IMG/VR virus record: IMGVR_UViG_3300031578_009495 | Coordinates: 67,128 to 94,313 of that record | Reading direction: 5' to 3' (one strand) | Origin: a virus | Length of the DNA stretch: 27,186 nt | Shown here: positions 7,554 through 15,922 of the stretch, piece by piece | Position numbering within the stretch: the first letter of the stretch is position 1 | Layout of the letters: the number at the start of each line of letters is the position of its first letter | Notes under the pieces: generated by a model | What the model was told of the DNA's origin: nothing | Database searches by the model: none | The model's input: the letters and a program-made list of their open reading frames with translations, nothing else | Position numbers and translations under genes: made by a program

Positions 7554-7760
7554 ATGAGGTGTGAAATGAATAAATTAGGATTGTATGGTGGAACAGCATG
7601 GATTGGATATTGGTCGGGATTCACAACAAGCCATGTAGGAGAAACAAGCAAACTCGTAGTATACACGTGGGATTTTCCTGTGGTAATAGCTATATTTATG
7701 CTCATAACTTTTTCTTTGGGCTATTTTGCGGGGGGGGGGGCTTGGAATGAACTTAGATGA
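7554..7760 (+). CDS. Small membrane protein containing a G11 tract
   Basis: Hydrophobic segment FPVVIAIFMLITFSLGYF. The start may be ATG 7566. Confidence 0.55.
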   Translation: MRCEMNKLGLYGGTAWIGYWSGFTTSHVGETSKLVVYTWDFPVVIAIFMLITFSLGYFAGGGAWNELR

Positions 7761-7950
7761 ATTCAGAGAAAAGGAAATAGAAAGAGAAATTAATAGTTTA
7801 AGTCAATTTGAAATGTGTAGGTTAGTTAGGTTTGCTCCTTCGGGGCATAAATATTTTGACGAAAGAGAACCTTATTATAAACTCTTTGAAAAACGGTTTG
7901 GAGAACTCGGAGGTTTTACTCCAGAAATATCTAAACAGTTAGGGAGGTGA
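7747..7950 (+). CDS. Conserved-looking phage hypothetical protein (MNLDEFREK...GGFTPEISKQLG)
   Basis: ORF track 7726..7950. The ATG at 7747, behind the G tract, is the more plausible start. Confidence 0.7.
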   Translation: MNLDEFREKEIEREINSLSQFEMCRLVRFAPSGHKYFDEREPYYKLFEKRFGELGGFTPEISKQLGR

Positions 7951-7953
7951 AAA

Positions 7954-8088
7954 GTGAATAAAATAAGCTTTTTGGTCGGTTGCTGGTTTTTGATATCCGG
8001 CAACCATTGGGATAATATGTTTTGGGTTGCGGCCGGACTGATGGTAGTTGGTTTTTTGATTGCAAGATGGCTGGTTAAAATAGTTTAA
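7954..8088 (+). CDS. Small membrane protein (44 aa)
   Basis: SD GGAGGT, GTG start and two hydrophobic stretches. Confidence 0.5.
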   Translation: MNKISFLVGCWFLISGNHWDNMFWVAAGLMVVGFLIARWLVKIV

Positions 8089-8149
8089 GGGTAGTGCAAC
8101 CCGATTGCAGATAAAAAGAAATCTTTATATAATGATTTACACTTTTCCC

Positions 8150-8178
8150 TTGACAAAAGAATCCATCTGATATAGGAT
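8150..8178 (+). promoter_or_regulatory. Sigma70-type promoter of the Cro-like/recombination operon
   Basis: TTGACA(8150-8155), 17-nt spacer, TAGGAT(8173-8178). Confidence 0.7.
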
Positions 8179-8214
8179 GAGCGATCAACTTACAATTAAT
8201 TAAAAGGGGACGAA

Positions 8215-8421
8215 ATGTTTAACAAAGGAAAAATTAAAGAGCTACGAGAAAAGAAAAAATGGTCGCTGGCAGATGTGGTTTACGAACTAGCAAAAAGGGA
8301 GCACAGGTATGCCAGACAGACTGTAAGCAATTGGGAGCTTGGGATAACAGAACCAAAAGCTTCCGATGTTGCGGCCCTGGCAGAGGCATTTGGTGTGCCT
8401 GTTAAAGTATTTTTTGAATAG
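8215..8421 (+). CDS. XRE/Cro-family HTH regulator
   Basis: IKELREKKKWS...RQTVSNWELGITEP....ALAEAFGV. Confidence 0.9.
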   Translation: MFNKGKIKELREKKKWSLADVVYELAKREHRYARQTVSNWELGITEPKASDVAALAEAFGVPVKVFFE

Positions 8422-8493
8422 GGGTGCCATGGAAGAAAAAGAATGGCAGGAGTTTGCAATATGGTTACATGAATTAAAAATGGGGAGGGCAAA

Positions 8494-9525
8494 ATGACAG
8501 AGGTAAATTCAGTAGAAAAAGAGATAGAAAGGTATAAAAAGCTTGGGGCAAATCTGTTGGGACCTTCAATCCACGCTGGCGAAGTTTCACAGTTTCACAA
8601 GATTATAGTTGATTCGGTATTGTTATCGGTTGATCCAAATGATGGAGATGTCTATAGCTACAAGAAGGCAACAAACGATCAGCCTGCTCAGTTTATTATT
8701 GCTGGGCAAGGACTCCAGCGATTAGCTATGTGCGCTGGTATAGTATGGAGTCCAAACGATACCAGGGCAACGTCTCAGTCTCAAAAGTATGTAGCTTATC
8801 GTGCTGTTGGGTCTATTCGTAAAAGCGATGGAACGTTTACTGGATTTCAGGCAGAATATGATATAGACATAGATATCGTTGAAGATGACCTGCGCGAAAA
8901 TTTCGCAGAAAAAAGAAAAAAATGGAGCGAGCAACAATGGTTTCAAAAGCTGGGGGCAGACGGTCAAAACAACTACATAGAGACAGCTATCCGTAAAGAG
9001 TTAAATTTCAAAAAGAAACACAAGACTAAGATCGCGGCTTCAGGGGCGAAAAATCGTGTAATTCGCGTACTGTTGGGTATCAAGAAGACCTATACACTTG
9101 CTGAATTAAAGAAACCATTCGTTATCCCGCGTGTAGTTCTAAGGCCTAATTATAATGACCCGGATGTAAAGAAAATGATGCTTGTGGCAGCTATCCAAGC
9201 ACAAACAAGCATATTCGGCGCAGCTCCAAGTCAGTTATTGGAAGATTATGTACAATTGCCGGAAGAAGATCCTCCTATCGATATTCCGATAAGCGATTTT
9301 GACAATGAAGACCCCCCCGGACCAGAAACACCGGACAACCTTACCAGCAAAAAAGCAGACTTCCTTGCATCTGACAATCAGTCTAAAATAACCATACTTG
9401 ATGCAATGGCAAAGATGGCCGGCTACGATCTTCATCAAATTAAAAAACCGCTGGACAAGTTTACAGAGGAAGAACTCGAAGGTTTTTTTGATAGACTGGA
9501 TGATCTTTTAGAAATTCCATTTTGA
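8494..9525 (+). CDS. Hypothetical protein, possible single-strand annealing/recombination protein
   Basis: Position between cro and sbcDC. Globular N-domain (GLQRLA..AGI; A.SGAKNRVIR.LLG), acidic/Pro linker and acidic 'EIPF' SSB-like tail. Function is inferred only. Confidence 0.5.
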   Translation: MTEVNSVEKEIERYKKLGANLLGPSIHAGEVSQFHKIIVDSVLLSVDPNDGDVYSYKKATNDQPAQFIIAGQGLQRLAMCAGIVWSPNDTRATSQSQKYVAYRAVGSIRKSDGTFTGFQAEYDIDIDIVEDDLRENFAEKRKKWSEQQWFQKLGADGQNNYIETAIRKELNFKKKHKTKIAASGAKNRVIRVLLGIKKTYTLAELKKPFVIPRVVLRPNYNDPDVKKMMLVAAIQAQTSIFGAAPSQLLEDYVQLPEEDPPIDIPISDFDNEDPPGPETPDNLTSKKADFLASDNQSKITILDAMAKMAGYDLHQIKKPLDKFTEEELEGFFDRLDDLLEIPF

Positions 9526-9528
9526 TAG

Positions 9529-9653
9529 CCCGCGCTGAGCGGCCCGACGCGGGACTGCTTGGATATGTTTGTGTGGAACATTCCGAGCGACGGAATATCG
9601 GGCCGTGCCATGTACCTCCTGCTCGCTGGCAGACCGAGTGGCAAAAGTCTGCC
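9529..9653 (+). other. GC-rich structured intergenic element with two potential H-type pseudoknots
   Basis: CCCGCG/CGCGGG crosses GCGGCCCGA/TCGGGCCGT. GCTCG/CGAGT crosses GGCAGAC/GTCTGCC. Confidence 0.5.
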
Positions 9654-9677
9654 CTCCATACAAGAAAGGAAACAGAA

Positions 9678-9851
9678 ATGATAATGCCGTTCGGGAAATT
9701 TAAAGGACACGATTTAGAGAGCCTGCCAAGTTCATATCTTAAATGGTTGGCTGAAAACATCAACGAAGATATTCCAAAAAATAAAGCTATTTGCATGGCG
9801 GCAGATAAGGAATATTTGTTCAGGGAAAAGAATAGTTGTCATATTGAGTGA
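9678..9851 (+). CDS. DUF3820-like small protein
   Basis: MPFGKFKG..LE.LP.SYLKWL motif. The AAGGA SD favours ATG 9678 over the track start 9522. Confidence 0.75.
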   Translation: MIMPFGKFKGHDLESLPSSYLKWLAENINEDIPKNKAICMAADKEYLFREKNSCHIE

Positions 9852-9867
9852 AAGAAAGAGGATAGCC

Positions 9868-10008
9868 ATGATAAAACAAAGCAAAATAGAAATAATAAAA
9901 AGAGTGAGCTGTATTTTGGGATTGTACGGGCTTTCGGTGAGCATAGTCGTGTTTGCTGTTTACGGTGCTATTTGTTTTTTAAAGAAAATTGGGTGGCCGA
10001 TATGGTGA
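9868..10008 (+). CDS. Small membrane protein (46 aa)
   Basis: SD GAGGA and one TM segment. Confidence 0.5.
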   Translation: MIKQSKIEIIKRVSCILGLYGLSVSIVVFAVYGAICFLKKIGWPIW

Positions 10009-10022
10009 TAATAGGAAGTGAT

Positions 10023-10142
10023 GTGAGAAAGTGTCAATATTGTGGCGGAGTGCTTTCTTTTAGAGACGACTGTGGTTTCTGTAGGAAGTGTGAGGAAGAG
10101 GTTAATAAGGTGGCCATGGAGATGAACAATCGTCGCCATTGA
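10023..10142 (+). CDS. Small Zn-ribbon protein (39 aa)
   Basis: GTG start; CQYC...CRKC. Confidence 0.45.
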   Translation: MRKCQYCGGVLSFRDDCGFCRKCEEEVNKVAMEMNNRRH

Positions 10143-10217
10143 ATGTTTAGTCGCTCCACGATGCGGGGGCAAGGTTTTCTAAAGGTAATAAAAGAAAACA
10201 GGAAAAGGAGGGCAAGG

Positions 10218-10415
10218 ATGATAAAAACTATCCAGGAAAGATTAAACTGGTGCAACAAAAGGCTCAGCCAAATTATTTTTGCACAAAAGACTTTTGAACC
10301 TGCTGAACTGCCTTTTGCTTATGGTAGTGGTCGGATCAGGGAACTGGAAAATCAGATAGCGTTTCTTGAAGGCATTATCAAAGGCCACATAAAAGGAAAG
10401 GGGGTGATGAGATGA
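10218..10415 (+). CDS. Hypothetical protein (65 aa)
   Basis: Part of track ORF 10143..10415, with SD AAGGAGG before ATG 10218. The stop overlaps the sbcD start. Confidence 0.6.
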   Translation: MIKTIQERLNWCNKRLSQIIFAQKTFEPAELPFAYGSGRIRELENQIAFLEGIIKGHIKGKGVMR

Positions 10416-11623
10416 AAAAGATACTTCATTTCGGGGATATACATGCGCGCGATAAGGATATTGATGAGGTTGAGAAATGCCTTAATTTTATGGTATCTGT
10501 TGCTAAAGAAGAGCAACCAGATCTCTTGGTGAATGCAGGCGATACTTTTGATGCAGGTGGAATTCGCGCTGATAGTTTGTCTGCAAAACTTATCTTTAAG
10601 ATATTTAAAGAATTGGCAGACATAGCGCCAGTTATTATTATCACTGGGACTCCCAGTCATGATAGTAATATTCCATCTCTTCTTAAATATATATCGGCAA
10701 GATACCCTATATTTGTTTCTGAGCGGCCAGAGCAAATCTATCTTTGCAAAGGTGATCTTAATGCAGACCCAGCAAAGCTTTTTGCACCTATAGAAGCCGT
10801 TATATCGACATTGCCATCGCCAACCAAGCAACATTGGAATTCAGACTCAAGTATTAATGAAACAGATGCGGAGATCGGGGCTGCTCTTAGTGGAATTTTT
10901 GCAGGATTTGGCGCTCAAGCTGCTCAATATGATTGTCCACATATCTTAATGATGCATTGTACTATAAGGGGAGCAAAGCTATCTGAAAATACTCAAATGA
11001 TAGGCAGGGATATCGAAGTTGGAAAGGATCAGATTAAACTAACAAATGCAAACCTGGTTTGTTGTTCGCACATACATTATGCCCAGGCTATCGATAAAAT
11101 CACATTCTATTCAGGCAGTCTCTTCCAGGGAGACTCAAGCGAGTTTGGCCAAAACTTTGGATTCTATATCCACGAAATAGATACTGCAAACCGATTGCAG
11201 GCATCTAAATACATCATCACACCCTATACAAAATTATATGCAATCAAACATGATTTCACTGACTCACAAGGCGACTTCCTGGTGCCCTTCACACCGGAAA
11301 CTCTAAAGAATGTGCGGGATGCGGTAGTAAAAGTCGAGATAAAAGTTTTTGAAGATGAAGTTGCAAAAATAGATCGTGAAGATCTGGAACGTAATCTTTC
11401 AGAGGCAAAAAGTTACGATATAAAGATTATCAGAACGCCAAGGGAGAACGTTCGGAGTGAGAACATATTGAAACTTGTAAGGCTGAGAGACAAGCTGACC
11501 GAGATGGCGAAATTGAAGAATGAAGATGTTCCGGAACCTATTTTGGCAAAGGCCGATGAACTTGAGTCTATGGAAGGTGATGAGATTGTGGCATTGGCTT
11601 GGTCGATAATATTTAAAAAATAA
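10412..11623 (+). CDS. sbcD: SbcD/Mre11-like metallophosphoesterase nuclease
   Basis: HFGDIH, AGDTFD, GTPSHD, SHIH and YSGS motifs; adjacent to an SMC ATPase. Confidence 0.88.
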   Translation: MKKILHFGDIHARDKDIDEVEKCLNFMVSVAKEEQPDLLVNAGDTFDAGGIRADSLSAKLIFKIFKELADIAPVIIITGTPSHDSNIPSLLKYISARYPIFVSERPEQIYLCKGDLNADPAKLFAPIEAVISTLPSPTKQHWNSDSSINETDAEIGAALSGIFAGFGAQAAQYDCPHILMMHCTIRGAKLSENTQMIGRDIEVGKDQIKLTNANLVCCSHIHYAQAIDKITFYSGSLFQGDSSEFGQNFGFYIHEIDTANRLQASKYIITPYTKLYAIKHDFTDSQGDFLVPFTPETLKNVRDAVVKVEIKVFEDEVAKIDREDLERNLSEAKSYDIKIIRTPRENVRSENILKLVRLRDKLTEMAKLKNEDVPEPILAKADELESMEGDEIVALAWSIIFKK

Positions 11624-11830
11624 TGGGCAAGAACAGTATCAGGTAAGAGATGGGGGAGATGTCCAGAAAAAACCAAATTGCAAAAAAGGAGGTGATGCTT
11701 AATAATGCCTGATCAAAAAGAGATAGCTAGGAAATTATCTAAAATTAAAACGGCTCGAATAAAATAGCTGGGGGGTGCGCATCCAGCTATATAGAAAAAA
11801 CGCATTGCAAAGAAACAGTAAAATTAAATC

Positions 11831-11859
11831 TTGACAATGATTTTTCAATCTGCTATGCT
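11831..11859 (+). promoter_or_regulatory. Sigma70-type promoter with extended -10
   Basis: TTGACA(11831-11836), 17-nt spacer, TGc-TATGCT(11854-11859). Confidence 0.7.
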
Positions 11860-11889
11860 TTAAACATAAAAAGATGGGGACTGAGGCAA

Positions 11890-14184
11890 ATGAAAATATT
11901 GAGATTACGCACTAAAGGATTTATTGGACTACAAAAAGGACTTGGGGTACAAGAAACAGACACAGATTTGAAAAATTTGTCGGGGCTGGTGGCAATTGCC
12001 GGGGAAAACGGAGCTGGCAAGAGCAGTTTTCTTGAATTACTTTCGCCGTATGCTTGCCTATTTTCAAGATCTCCGACATTCAAGAACCACACTTTTCTCC
12101 GCGATAGTTACCGCATAATTGATCTTGAATACGAAGGATCGCATTATGAATGTACTGTAAAGATAGATAGCGAAACGGGCAAAAGTGAAGGCTACATAAA
12201 GAAAGACGGATTATCATTAACCGACGGGAAAATTAGCACCTACAGTCAAAAGGTTGAAGAAATATTTGGCTCAAAGACATTATTCGAAAACTCCATATTT
12301 TGCCCTCAAAACAGCAGGAAGATTTCGGACCTTACAACCGGTCAGCTAAAGTCCCTCTTCGCAGAATTTCTCCGATTAGATAAATTGATATCATACGAAA
12401 CCACCTCCAAGCAATGCCTTGTAGTCATAGAATCCTTACGCAAGCACATAGAAAGCGAGACGAGCATCCTGAAAAATAAGGCAGAAAACCGACCTGAGAT
12501 CGAGCGTGAGCTATCAGAAAAGACAACTAAGTGCGAAGAGTTGCAGGAAGAAATAAAACGGCTCACAGCTCAAATAAGCGAGTTGGAAAAAGATTATGAA
12601 ACCATAAAGGAATCTATATCGAAAGATGCGATAAAAAATAGCCGATTGAAAGACCTCGAACAAAACAGGACCCGCTTTAAGGAAGACAAAGACAGAGAAC
12701 TTGAATCAACTGAAAATGAACTTAACAGGCTGCGGATCACGCTACGCGGAATAAACGACGAGCTATGTAAATATGAATTCTTGTTGAAGGACAAAGATAA
12801 AATACTTGAGGCCTGTCGGCAAGAAGCAGATATTTTAGAACAAATCCCTACCACTGAAAAAGATATTGATAATAGAAAAAAGGAGTTAGACAGATACAAT
12901 GCTGAAATAAACGAAATAGCAAAAACAATTGATGAGCGAAGGAGGATTATAGATGCCGGAAAGAAAGATCCGGAAATTGCAAGACTCGAAGCGGAAATCA
13001 GGTTTAATCGTGAAAAGGCAGTTGACCTCTCGAAAAGAGATCCCGAATGCCAAAGCAAGGTATGCTCGTTTATTGTTGGAGCGCTCAAGGCACAAGACGA
13101 GATTCCAAGCATGGAAGAAAACCTATCTATCAGACAGGGACTTATTTCTGTAACAATTCATAAAGCTACTGAAGAGATGGAAAACAGCAATGGCTTCCTG
13201 CCAGGAATTGAACAAAAACAAAAAGATAGTGAAACCGTCCTCCAGGAATTAAAAGAAGAGAAACAGAGACTTGATAATACCCTAAAAACTGTACGCAAAC
13301 TATCAATAAAGAAACCCGACTTGGCTGTAGCTGTTTCGCAAACAGATAACCTGGAAAAAAGAAAAGGGGAGATCACAGACGAAGGAATAAGACTTAGAGA
13401 CAAAAAAGAGAAGGCTATAGAAAGAATTGATAAAGAGGAACAGATTTTATCTGTAGAAATAGACGATATCCAAAAAGAAATAGACAACAGCTTGGATGAA
13501 AAGAAAGCAAGCTTAGAACAAATGATCAAGCTAACAACTTTTACCACTAAAGATACGAATAAGAAAATATCTGGTATAAATGAAAGCATAGCAGTTTTAA
13601 AACAGACGATATCCGAAAAGATATCCGCAGAAAAAGAACTGGCGGTCAAGAAAACCCGGATTGACAAGCTTATCCAAGAACAAAGTGAATGGATTTATCT
13701 GCGGAATGCCTGCTCTAAGGACGGTTTAAGGGCGCTTGAAATCGATAGCGTTTGTCCTGTTATTACTAATTATGCAAATGAGCTGCTAAATATGAGCTTT
13801 GGTCCAACATACTCAATAAAACTGAAAACTCAGAATGACGATGGGAAGGAAATTTTAGATATTGTGGTGATAGGAGTCGATGGCGAAGAGGTTGTACTTG
13901 ATAATCTCAGTGGAGGAGAAAAATGCTGGATATTGATGTGTATCAGGCTATCTATGACACTTATCAGTAAAGAAAAGAGTGGTAAGAACTTTTTAACTGG
14001 GTTTTCGGATGAGATAGATGGATCACTTGACGTAAACAGGGCGATTGATTTTATGCATATGTATCGGGCCTTTATGAAGCTTGGTGGGTTTGAAACCTTT
14101 TATTTTATCTCGCATAAAACGGAAATAATTTCGCTCGCTGATCATATCATTAAGTTTGGAAGTGGGCAGATAGCAATGGATTGA
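11890..14184 (+). CDS. sbcC: SbcC/Rad50-like SMC ATPase
   Basis: Walker A GENGAGKS, Q-loop FCPQ, long coiled coil, signature LSGGE, Walker B/D-loop SDEIDGSLD and H-switch ISH. Confidence 0.92.
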   Translation: MKILRLRTKGFIGLQKGLGVQETDTDLKNLSGLVAIAGENGAGKSSFLELLSPYACLFSRSPTFKNHTFLRDSYRIIDLEYEGSHYECTVKIDSETGKSEGYIKKDGLSLTDGKISTYSQKVEEIFGSKTLFENSIFCPQNSRKISDLTTGQLKSLFAEFLRLDKLISYETTSKQCLVVIESLRKHIESETSILKNKAENRPEIERELSEKTTKCEELQEEIKRLTAQISELEKDYETIKESISKDAIKNSRLKDLEQNRTRFKEDKDRELESTENELNRLRITLRGINDELCKYEFLLKDKDKILEACRQEADILEQIPTTEKDIDNRKKELDRYNAEINEIAKTIDERRRIIDAGKKDPEIARLEAEIRFNREKAVDLSKRDPECQSKVCSFIVGALKAQDEIPSMEENLSIRQGLISVTIHKATEEMENSNGFLPGIEQKQKDSETVLQELKEEKQRLDNTLKTVRKLSIKKPDLAVAVSQTDNLEKRKGEITDEGIRLRDKKEKAIERIDKEEQILSVEIDDIQKEIDNSLDEKKASLEQMIKLTTFTTKDTNKKISGINESIAVLKQTISEKISAEKELAVKKTRIDKLIQEQSEWIYLRNACSKDGLRALEIDSVCPVITNYANELLNMSFGPTYSIKLKTQNDDGKEILDIVVIGVDGEEVVLDNLSGGEKCWILMCIRLSMTLISKEKSGKNFLTGFSDEIDGSLDVNRAIDFMHMYRAFMKLGGFETFYFISHKTEIISLADHIIKFGSGQIAMD

Positions 14185-14247
14185 GATTTATTAATAGGTG
14201 GATTATATTTTCTGCCTATCACACTGTTATATTGCCGAAAGGAAACT

Positions 14248-14385
14248 GTGAAATATTTTTTTGATATACAAAGTTCGGTGTTTAGGTTTTTACCAAAAAG
14301 ATACCAAAGGAAAATTGGGAAAGACTATCAGATAACTATAAAATGGTTATGGTTTTGGATACGGTTACAGGCAATTGATGAATAA
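14248..14385 (+). CDS. Cassette ORF 1, hypothetical (45 aa, MKYFFDIQSSVFRF...)
   Basis: Follows GTTATAT(14226) and an AAGGA SD; stop abuts attC1. Confidence 0.55.
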   Translation: MKYFFDIQSSVFRFLPKRYQRKIGKDYQITIKWLWFWIRLQAIDE

Positions 14386-14484
14386 TATAACCAGCAGTTG
14401 CAGCCGACCATACAAGCTGGTTCGCTCTCGTAAGGTTATTTATTCCGCCACGCTCCAACGTGGCGGCTGAACTGAACGTTAGAT
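14385..14484 (+). mobile_element. attC-like site 1 (100 bp)
   Basis: R'' ATATAAC, L'' CAGTT(G)CAGCCG pairing with L' CGGCTGAACTG with one extrahelical base, R' GTTAGAT. Confidence 0.8.
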
Positions 14485-14503
14485 TTCTTGAGGAGATAAG
14501 AGC

Positions 14504-14638
14504 ATGGAAGAGATTACATGTAGTGTATGCGGTTGTCATGTAGGGTGGATCACAGACAATGCCCCGAAAGGATTCATATATTGTGACGACTGCAAAAAAC
14601 AAGACGAAGACGAAGAAGAAGAAGAAAGCGAAATATAA
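14504..14638 (+). CDS. Cassette ORF 2, Zn-ribbon microprotein with acidic tail (44 aa)
   Basis: SD GAGGAG; CSVC...CDDC then DEDEEEEESE. Its stop TAA lies inside R'' of attC2. Confidence 0.7.
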   Translation: MEEITCSVCGCHVGWITDNAPKGFIYCDDCKKQDEDEEEEESEI

Positions 14639-14694
14639 CCAGCCGCTGGACTCTGACGGCAAAAAACCGCCGCAGGTCAGCTATAACGTTATAT
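14633..14694 (+). mobile_element. attC-like site 2 (62 bp)
   Basis: R'' ATATAAC, GCTG(G)AC(T)CTG pairing with CAGGTCAGC with two extrahelical bases, inner stem CGGC/GCCG, R' GTTATAT. Confidence 0.85.
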
Positions 14695-14707
14695 GTAAGA
14701 GGAAATT

Positions 14708-14860
14708 ATGATACCATATCCATTATTAGAAATTAAAATAAAATATAATTGGTTTTCTACTGTTTATTCTTTGTGGGATCTTTTGAATCAGTGCAAACTT
14801 GCAAAAGCTGATTTTCATGAGATGAAAAATGATTTAAGAATATTTGGGTTTAACATATAA
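14708..14860 (+). pseudogene. Cassette ORF 3, apparently frameshifted (MIPYP/LLEIKIKYNWF...FGFNI)
   Basis: SD GAGGA and ATG 14708, with a stop after 9 codons. Removing one C from the CCC at 14719-14721 gives a ~49-aa frame ending in ATATAAC. Confidence 0.45.
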
Positions 14861-14881
14861 CACACAGATTCAGCTTTCGTA

Positions 14882-15070
14882 ATGTATAAACATCCAGAAA
14901 TAAAAGATGATGAGTTTATGCTGTCTAATGTTAAAGTCGGCGAAGAATGGCTATTTGGATTTTTCGATAGACAGCCGACTAAAAATGGCAGGCTTGGCAA
15001 AATAGCATACGACAATATGGGCTACGAAGTGCCTGGGCATGTTCCTATTTTTGTGAAACGAGAAATATAA
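14882..15070 (+). CDS. Cassette ORF 4, hypothetical (62 aa)
   Basis: In the ORF track. Its stop lies inside ATATAAC(15065-15071), followed by a half attC (AAATCACTGGAGCTAACGG). Confidence 0.65.
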   Translation: MYKHPEIKDDEFMLSNVKVGEEWLFGFFDRQPTKNGRLGKIAYDNMGYEVPGHVPIFVKREI

Positions 15071-15109
15071 CAAATCACTGGAGCTAACGGAAGAAATTGG
15101 ATTATTAGC

Positions 15110-15922
15110 ATGGCTCGCAATAGAATGATAAAAACTGAATTTTGGGAAGATGAAAAATTAGCGACCATAAGTAGAGATTCAAGATTGACATTCATTGCCT
15201 TATGGAATTTATCAGACGATTACGGAGTTGTTAAGGGGAATTCGATTTGGCTGAAAAATAGAATCTTTCCTTATGATGAAAAACTTAAACTGGTTGATTT
15301 TGAAGTTTGGTTAAATGAACTTATAAATGTTAAAACCATCTATCCGTTTAATGATAATAATGAGAAGTATTATTATATCAAGAACTTCCTCAAACATCAA
15401 AAAATAAATAGGCCATCGGAAAAAAGAAATCCTGAGCCACCAATAAATATTTTGGAGGACTCATTGAATACTCATGGAATATTCAATGAGTCCTCATTAA
15501 ATACTCACGGAGTATTCAATGAGGACTCATGTCCCAAAGAGAAAGAGAAAGAGAAAGAGAAAGAGAAAGAGAAAGAGAAAGAGAAAGAGAAAGAGAAAAA
15601 AACCAATAAGAGATTACCGGATTGGTTGCCCTTAGAAATATGGAATGAATTTAAAAAATATCGCATTAAAATAAAAAAACCTCTTACAGAATACGCTGAG
15701 ACTTTAAACATAAAAAAATTAGAAAAACTTAAGGAGCATGGAAACGATCCAATAAAAATTATAGAGCAAACTATAATGCAAGGGTGGCAAGGTTTTTTCC
15801 CACTTAAAGAAAAGCAAGGAGAGAATGATGCAAGGTTTAAAAGTGAGAATGGAAAGAATGGAACACACGAGGATGGCGATGATAAATATTCAAAGCTTGG
15901 TAGAACCCTATCTACAGAATAA
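15110..15922 (+). CDS. Phage replication initiator / replisome organiser
   Basis: MARNRMIKTEFWEDEK N-domain (wHTH type), internal iterons, (KE)10 linker and C-domain 'W.EFKKYR..IKKPLT...QGWQGFF'. Lies directly upstream of a DnaC-like ATPase. Confidence 0.85.
   Translation: MARNRMIKTEFWEDEKLATISRDSRLTFIALWNLSDDYGVVKGNSIWLKNRIFPYDEKLKLVDFEVWLNELINVKTIYPFNDNNEKYYYIKNFLKHQKINRPSEKRNPEPPINILEDSLNTHGIFNESSLNTHGVFNEDSCPKEKEKEKEKEKEKEKEKEKEKKTNKRLPDWLPLEIWNEFKKYRIKIKKPLTEYAETLNIKKLEKLKEHGNDPIKIIEQTIMQGWQGFFPLKEKQGENDARFKSENGKNGTHEDGDDKYSKLGRTLSTE
15455..15535. repeat. Iteron array, probable replication origin
   Basis: Degenerate 11-bp tandem units (ACTCATTGAAT, ACTCATGGAAT, ATTCAATGAGT, CCTCATTAAAT, ACTCACGGAGT, ATTCAATGAGG). 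Perfect 16-bp inverted repeat at 15455-15470/15480-15495. Confidence 0.75.
15536..15595 (+). repeat. (AAAGAG)x10 perfect hexamer microsatellite
   Basis: Directly visible; encodes (KE)10. Confidence 0.95.

Noticed and set aside
7322-7705. 127-aa minus-strand ORF across the structured element
   Set aside because: No motifs, and the second copy conserves base pairing with indels rather than a reading frame.
9522-9677. N-terminal extension of the DUF3820-like ORF and the overlapping minus-strand ORFs
   Set aside because: GC-rich structured DNA explains the lack of stops, and a good SD precedes ATG 9678.
12342-13667. Long minus-strand ORFs (172 aa, 169 aa and others) opposite sbcC
   Set aside because: Ser/Leu/Phe-rich antisense shadows of a Lys/Glu coiled coil, with no SD or domain.
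14336-14662. 108-aa minus-strand ORF
   Set aside because: It crosses attC sites and is antisense to better-supported cassette ORFs.
14385-15071. Recurrent ATATAAC motifs as a CRISPR array
   Set aside because: The repeats are not identical 25-40-mers, the spacing is 200-250 bp and contains ORFs, and no cas genes are present. attC fits better.
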